NCBI GenBank assembly: GCA_002269645.1
Contig: NIVC01000103.1
Span: 552,122-616,121, forward strand
Reading direction: 5' to 3'
DNA: 64,000 nucleotides
DNA from: Macrostomum lignano
Taxonomy: Eukaryota
Part shown: positions 62,057 to 64,000 of the stretch, piece by piece
Layout: the number at the start of each line of letters is the position of its first letter
Position numbering within the stretch: position 1 is the stretch's first letter
Translations under genes and position numbers: made by a program
The notes under the pieces: generated by a model
What the model saw: only the letters and a program-made list of their open reading frames with translations
The model's database searches: none
What the model was told of the DNA's origin: nothing

Positions 62057-62764
62057 CCTCAAATCTATTCCACTCTCATCTATCTGCTGCTGGCCATGCA
62101 GCAGACAAGATTTCGCGCCATCTTGACATTTAGTGTTTAACAATGCCAATATGACAATGCCGATATGTAAGCTGTAGCATACTTGATCCCTGATAAACCG
62201 TTTTGCATTCAACGCAACACTGATTTTTAGTATCTGTAAAATGGGTTCTTAAACGTCTTCCAATATTTTGTATCTGGAAATTTTCTTTTTCTCATTCTAT
62301 TCTATTCTAAGACATTCTATTTTCTATTTTTGGGGCGGATGCCGCCCCCTCCTTGCAGGAAAGCAATTTCCATTTGGAAAAGAAATCAGACGTGTGAGTG
62401 GAAAAGGACCATTTCTTCGGGCCATCTTTAAAATATAATGATGAATTGCGACCTTACAACATTATGCTAGTGTATTTCCCAAACTATAGTGCACATGTTT
62501 CGCTCATACTACTTTTAGTATCCTACTAGAGATCCTACTATCTACTATCTAACTACTACTAACTACTAACTACTTTCCGGATATACGAGTTGTACAAAAA
62601 ATGATGAATTAATAAAGATATACTACGCTCTAAAAGCAAAATGTTATTAGCTGCTAAGGGCCATTCAGTCATTTATAAAAATAGACTATTTTATACCAGT
62701 TTTGTTACCATTTTCTTCAGTTTAAATTAAAGCTTGTAAGTGGAAATTTGTCTATATACAATGA

Positions 62765-62897
62765 GGCCTGTGGCGCAAAAATGAGTGGCTGCGGAGCTAA
62801 AAATGAGTGGCTGCGGAGCTAAAAATGAGTACCTGTGGCGCTAAAATGAGTGCCTGCGGCGCTAAAATGAGTACCTGCGGCGCTGAAATGAGTGCTG
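62765..62897. repeat. Short inverted copy of the 21-bp minisatellite found at 15485-15910
   Basis: GCGCTAAAATGAGTGCCTGCG units, ending in the same TCAGCACTCATTT boundary (reverse complement). Confidence 0.9.
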
Positions 62898-63149
62898 ACA
62901 ACACGGATTCTGATAGTAATGTACGTGTAGGAATTTCGTCGTGTACATTTACATGTAGTAGAAATCTTGGCTTTGTCACCCACCATAAAATCCATGGCGA
63001 CGAGCCTGAGTGCATAACTACAACACCGAGTTGCTTTAAATATGCATTTACGCGGCTATCATGTGCCAGCAGGGGCGCATCCAGAGGCTACAGGATGTTG
63101 CATGGGCTCAGTAAAAATCGAGTTTCTTTCTTAATTGTTGTAAAAGCAG

Positions 63150-64000
63150 AGAGCAGAGAAGTAGAAAGATCAAGGATCTTTGAGTTGTGGGGTAAGTTTT
63201 GGAGATATATGGCACATGGCACCTTTTTCGAGATGCAAGATAGACTGCATGGTCTGGTCAGCTATCAATTTATAAGGCATGAGAGTGGAACTGATGTGCA
63301 GGTATACCCAGCTTTTGCTAATGTTTTGCCAATTTTTAATCTCAAGCTCAAATTCTTATTCCTGATTCCTCACGTTGGGGTAAATATGAGATCAGAGTGC
63401 AGGCGAGGGGATAGAAAAGAATACATATAACATATCAGATACATCAAGTACATATTGAAAGATGAGAGAGAGATCGAGAGAAGATGACACGAGAGAAGAG
63501 TGCGTGCTATATAGTAAAGGAGAAATGAGAATTGAGAGCAGAGAAGTAGAAAGATCAAGAGATCTTTGAGTTATGGGGTAAGTTTTGGAGATATATGGCA
63601 CATGGCACCTTTTTCGAGATGCAAGATAGACTGCATGGTCTGGTCAGCTATCAATTTATAAGGCATGAGAGTGAACTGATGTGGCAGGTATACCCAGCTT
63701 TTGCTAATGTTTTGCCAATTTCTTAATCTCAAGCTCAAATTCTTATTCGCTGATTCTCACGTTGGGTAAATATGAGATAGAGTGCAGGCGAGGGGATAGA
63801 AAAGAATAATATAACATATCAGATACATCAAGTACATATTGAAAGATGAGAGAGAGATCGAGAGAAGATGACACGAGAGAAGAGTGCGTGCTATATAGTA
63901 AAGGAGAATGAGAATTGAGAGCAGAGAAGTAGAAAGATCAAGAGATCTTTGAGTTATGGGGTAAGTTTTGGAGATATATGGCCATGGCACCTTTTTCGAG
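63150..64000. repeat. ~385-bp tandem repeat, 2+ copies, running off the window end
   Basis: AGAGCAGAGAAGTAGAAAGATC at 63150, 63535 and 63918. Confidence 0.93.

Larger units (their letters stand above)
60283..62550. mobile_element. Non-autonomous element with ~210-bp TIRs and AGT-rich termini
   Basis: 60283-60491 is the reverse complement of 62345-62550 with few mismatches. Both ends decay into AGT/AGATAGT simple repeats. No TSD identified. Confidence 0.75.

Overview
This is eukaryotic (animal) genomic DNA with GC-rich, GT-AG spliced exons in a very repeat-dense, AT-rich background. The style is reminiscent of a flatworm such as Macrostomum; that assignment is inference only. By hand-splicing I reconstructed six recognisable genes: a dienelactone hydrolase/CMBL-like gene (-), ALAD (+, 7 exons), a phospholipid scramblase (-), a MARVEL-domain protein (+, 3 exons), an EPS8-like adaptor that appears to stop right after its SH3 domain (+, 4 exons) and an AK1-type adenylate kinase (+, 5 exons). 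There are also two tandem orphan gene models at 50.6-54.5 kb. Most long ORFs in the supplied track are artefacts of stop-free minisatellite units. Nearly every long intron carries its own private 13-66 bp minisatellite. Mobile DNA includes several MITEs with verifiable TIRs and TSDs (one carries a minisatellite that recurs 47 kb away), two tRNA-derived SINE families, a decayed Penelope-like element and an RTE-like RT fragment. The RT fragment sits inside a 2.3 kb element with ~210 bp TIRs and AGT-rich, Polinton-like termini. No CRISPR array, rRNA or intact tRNA was seen.
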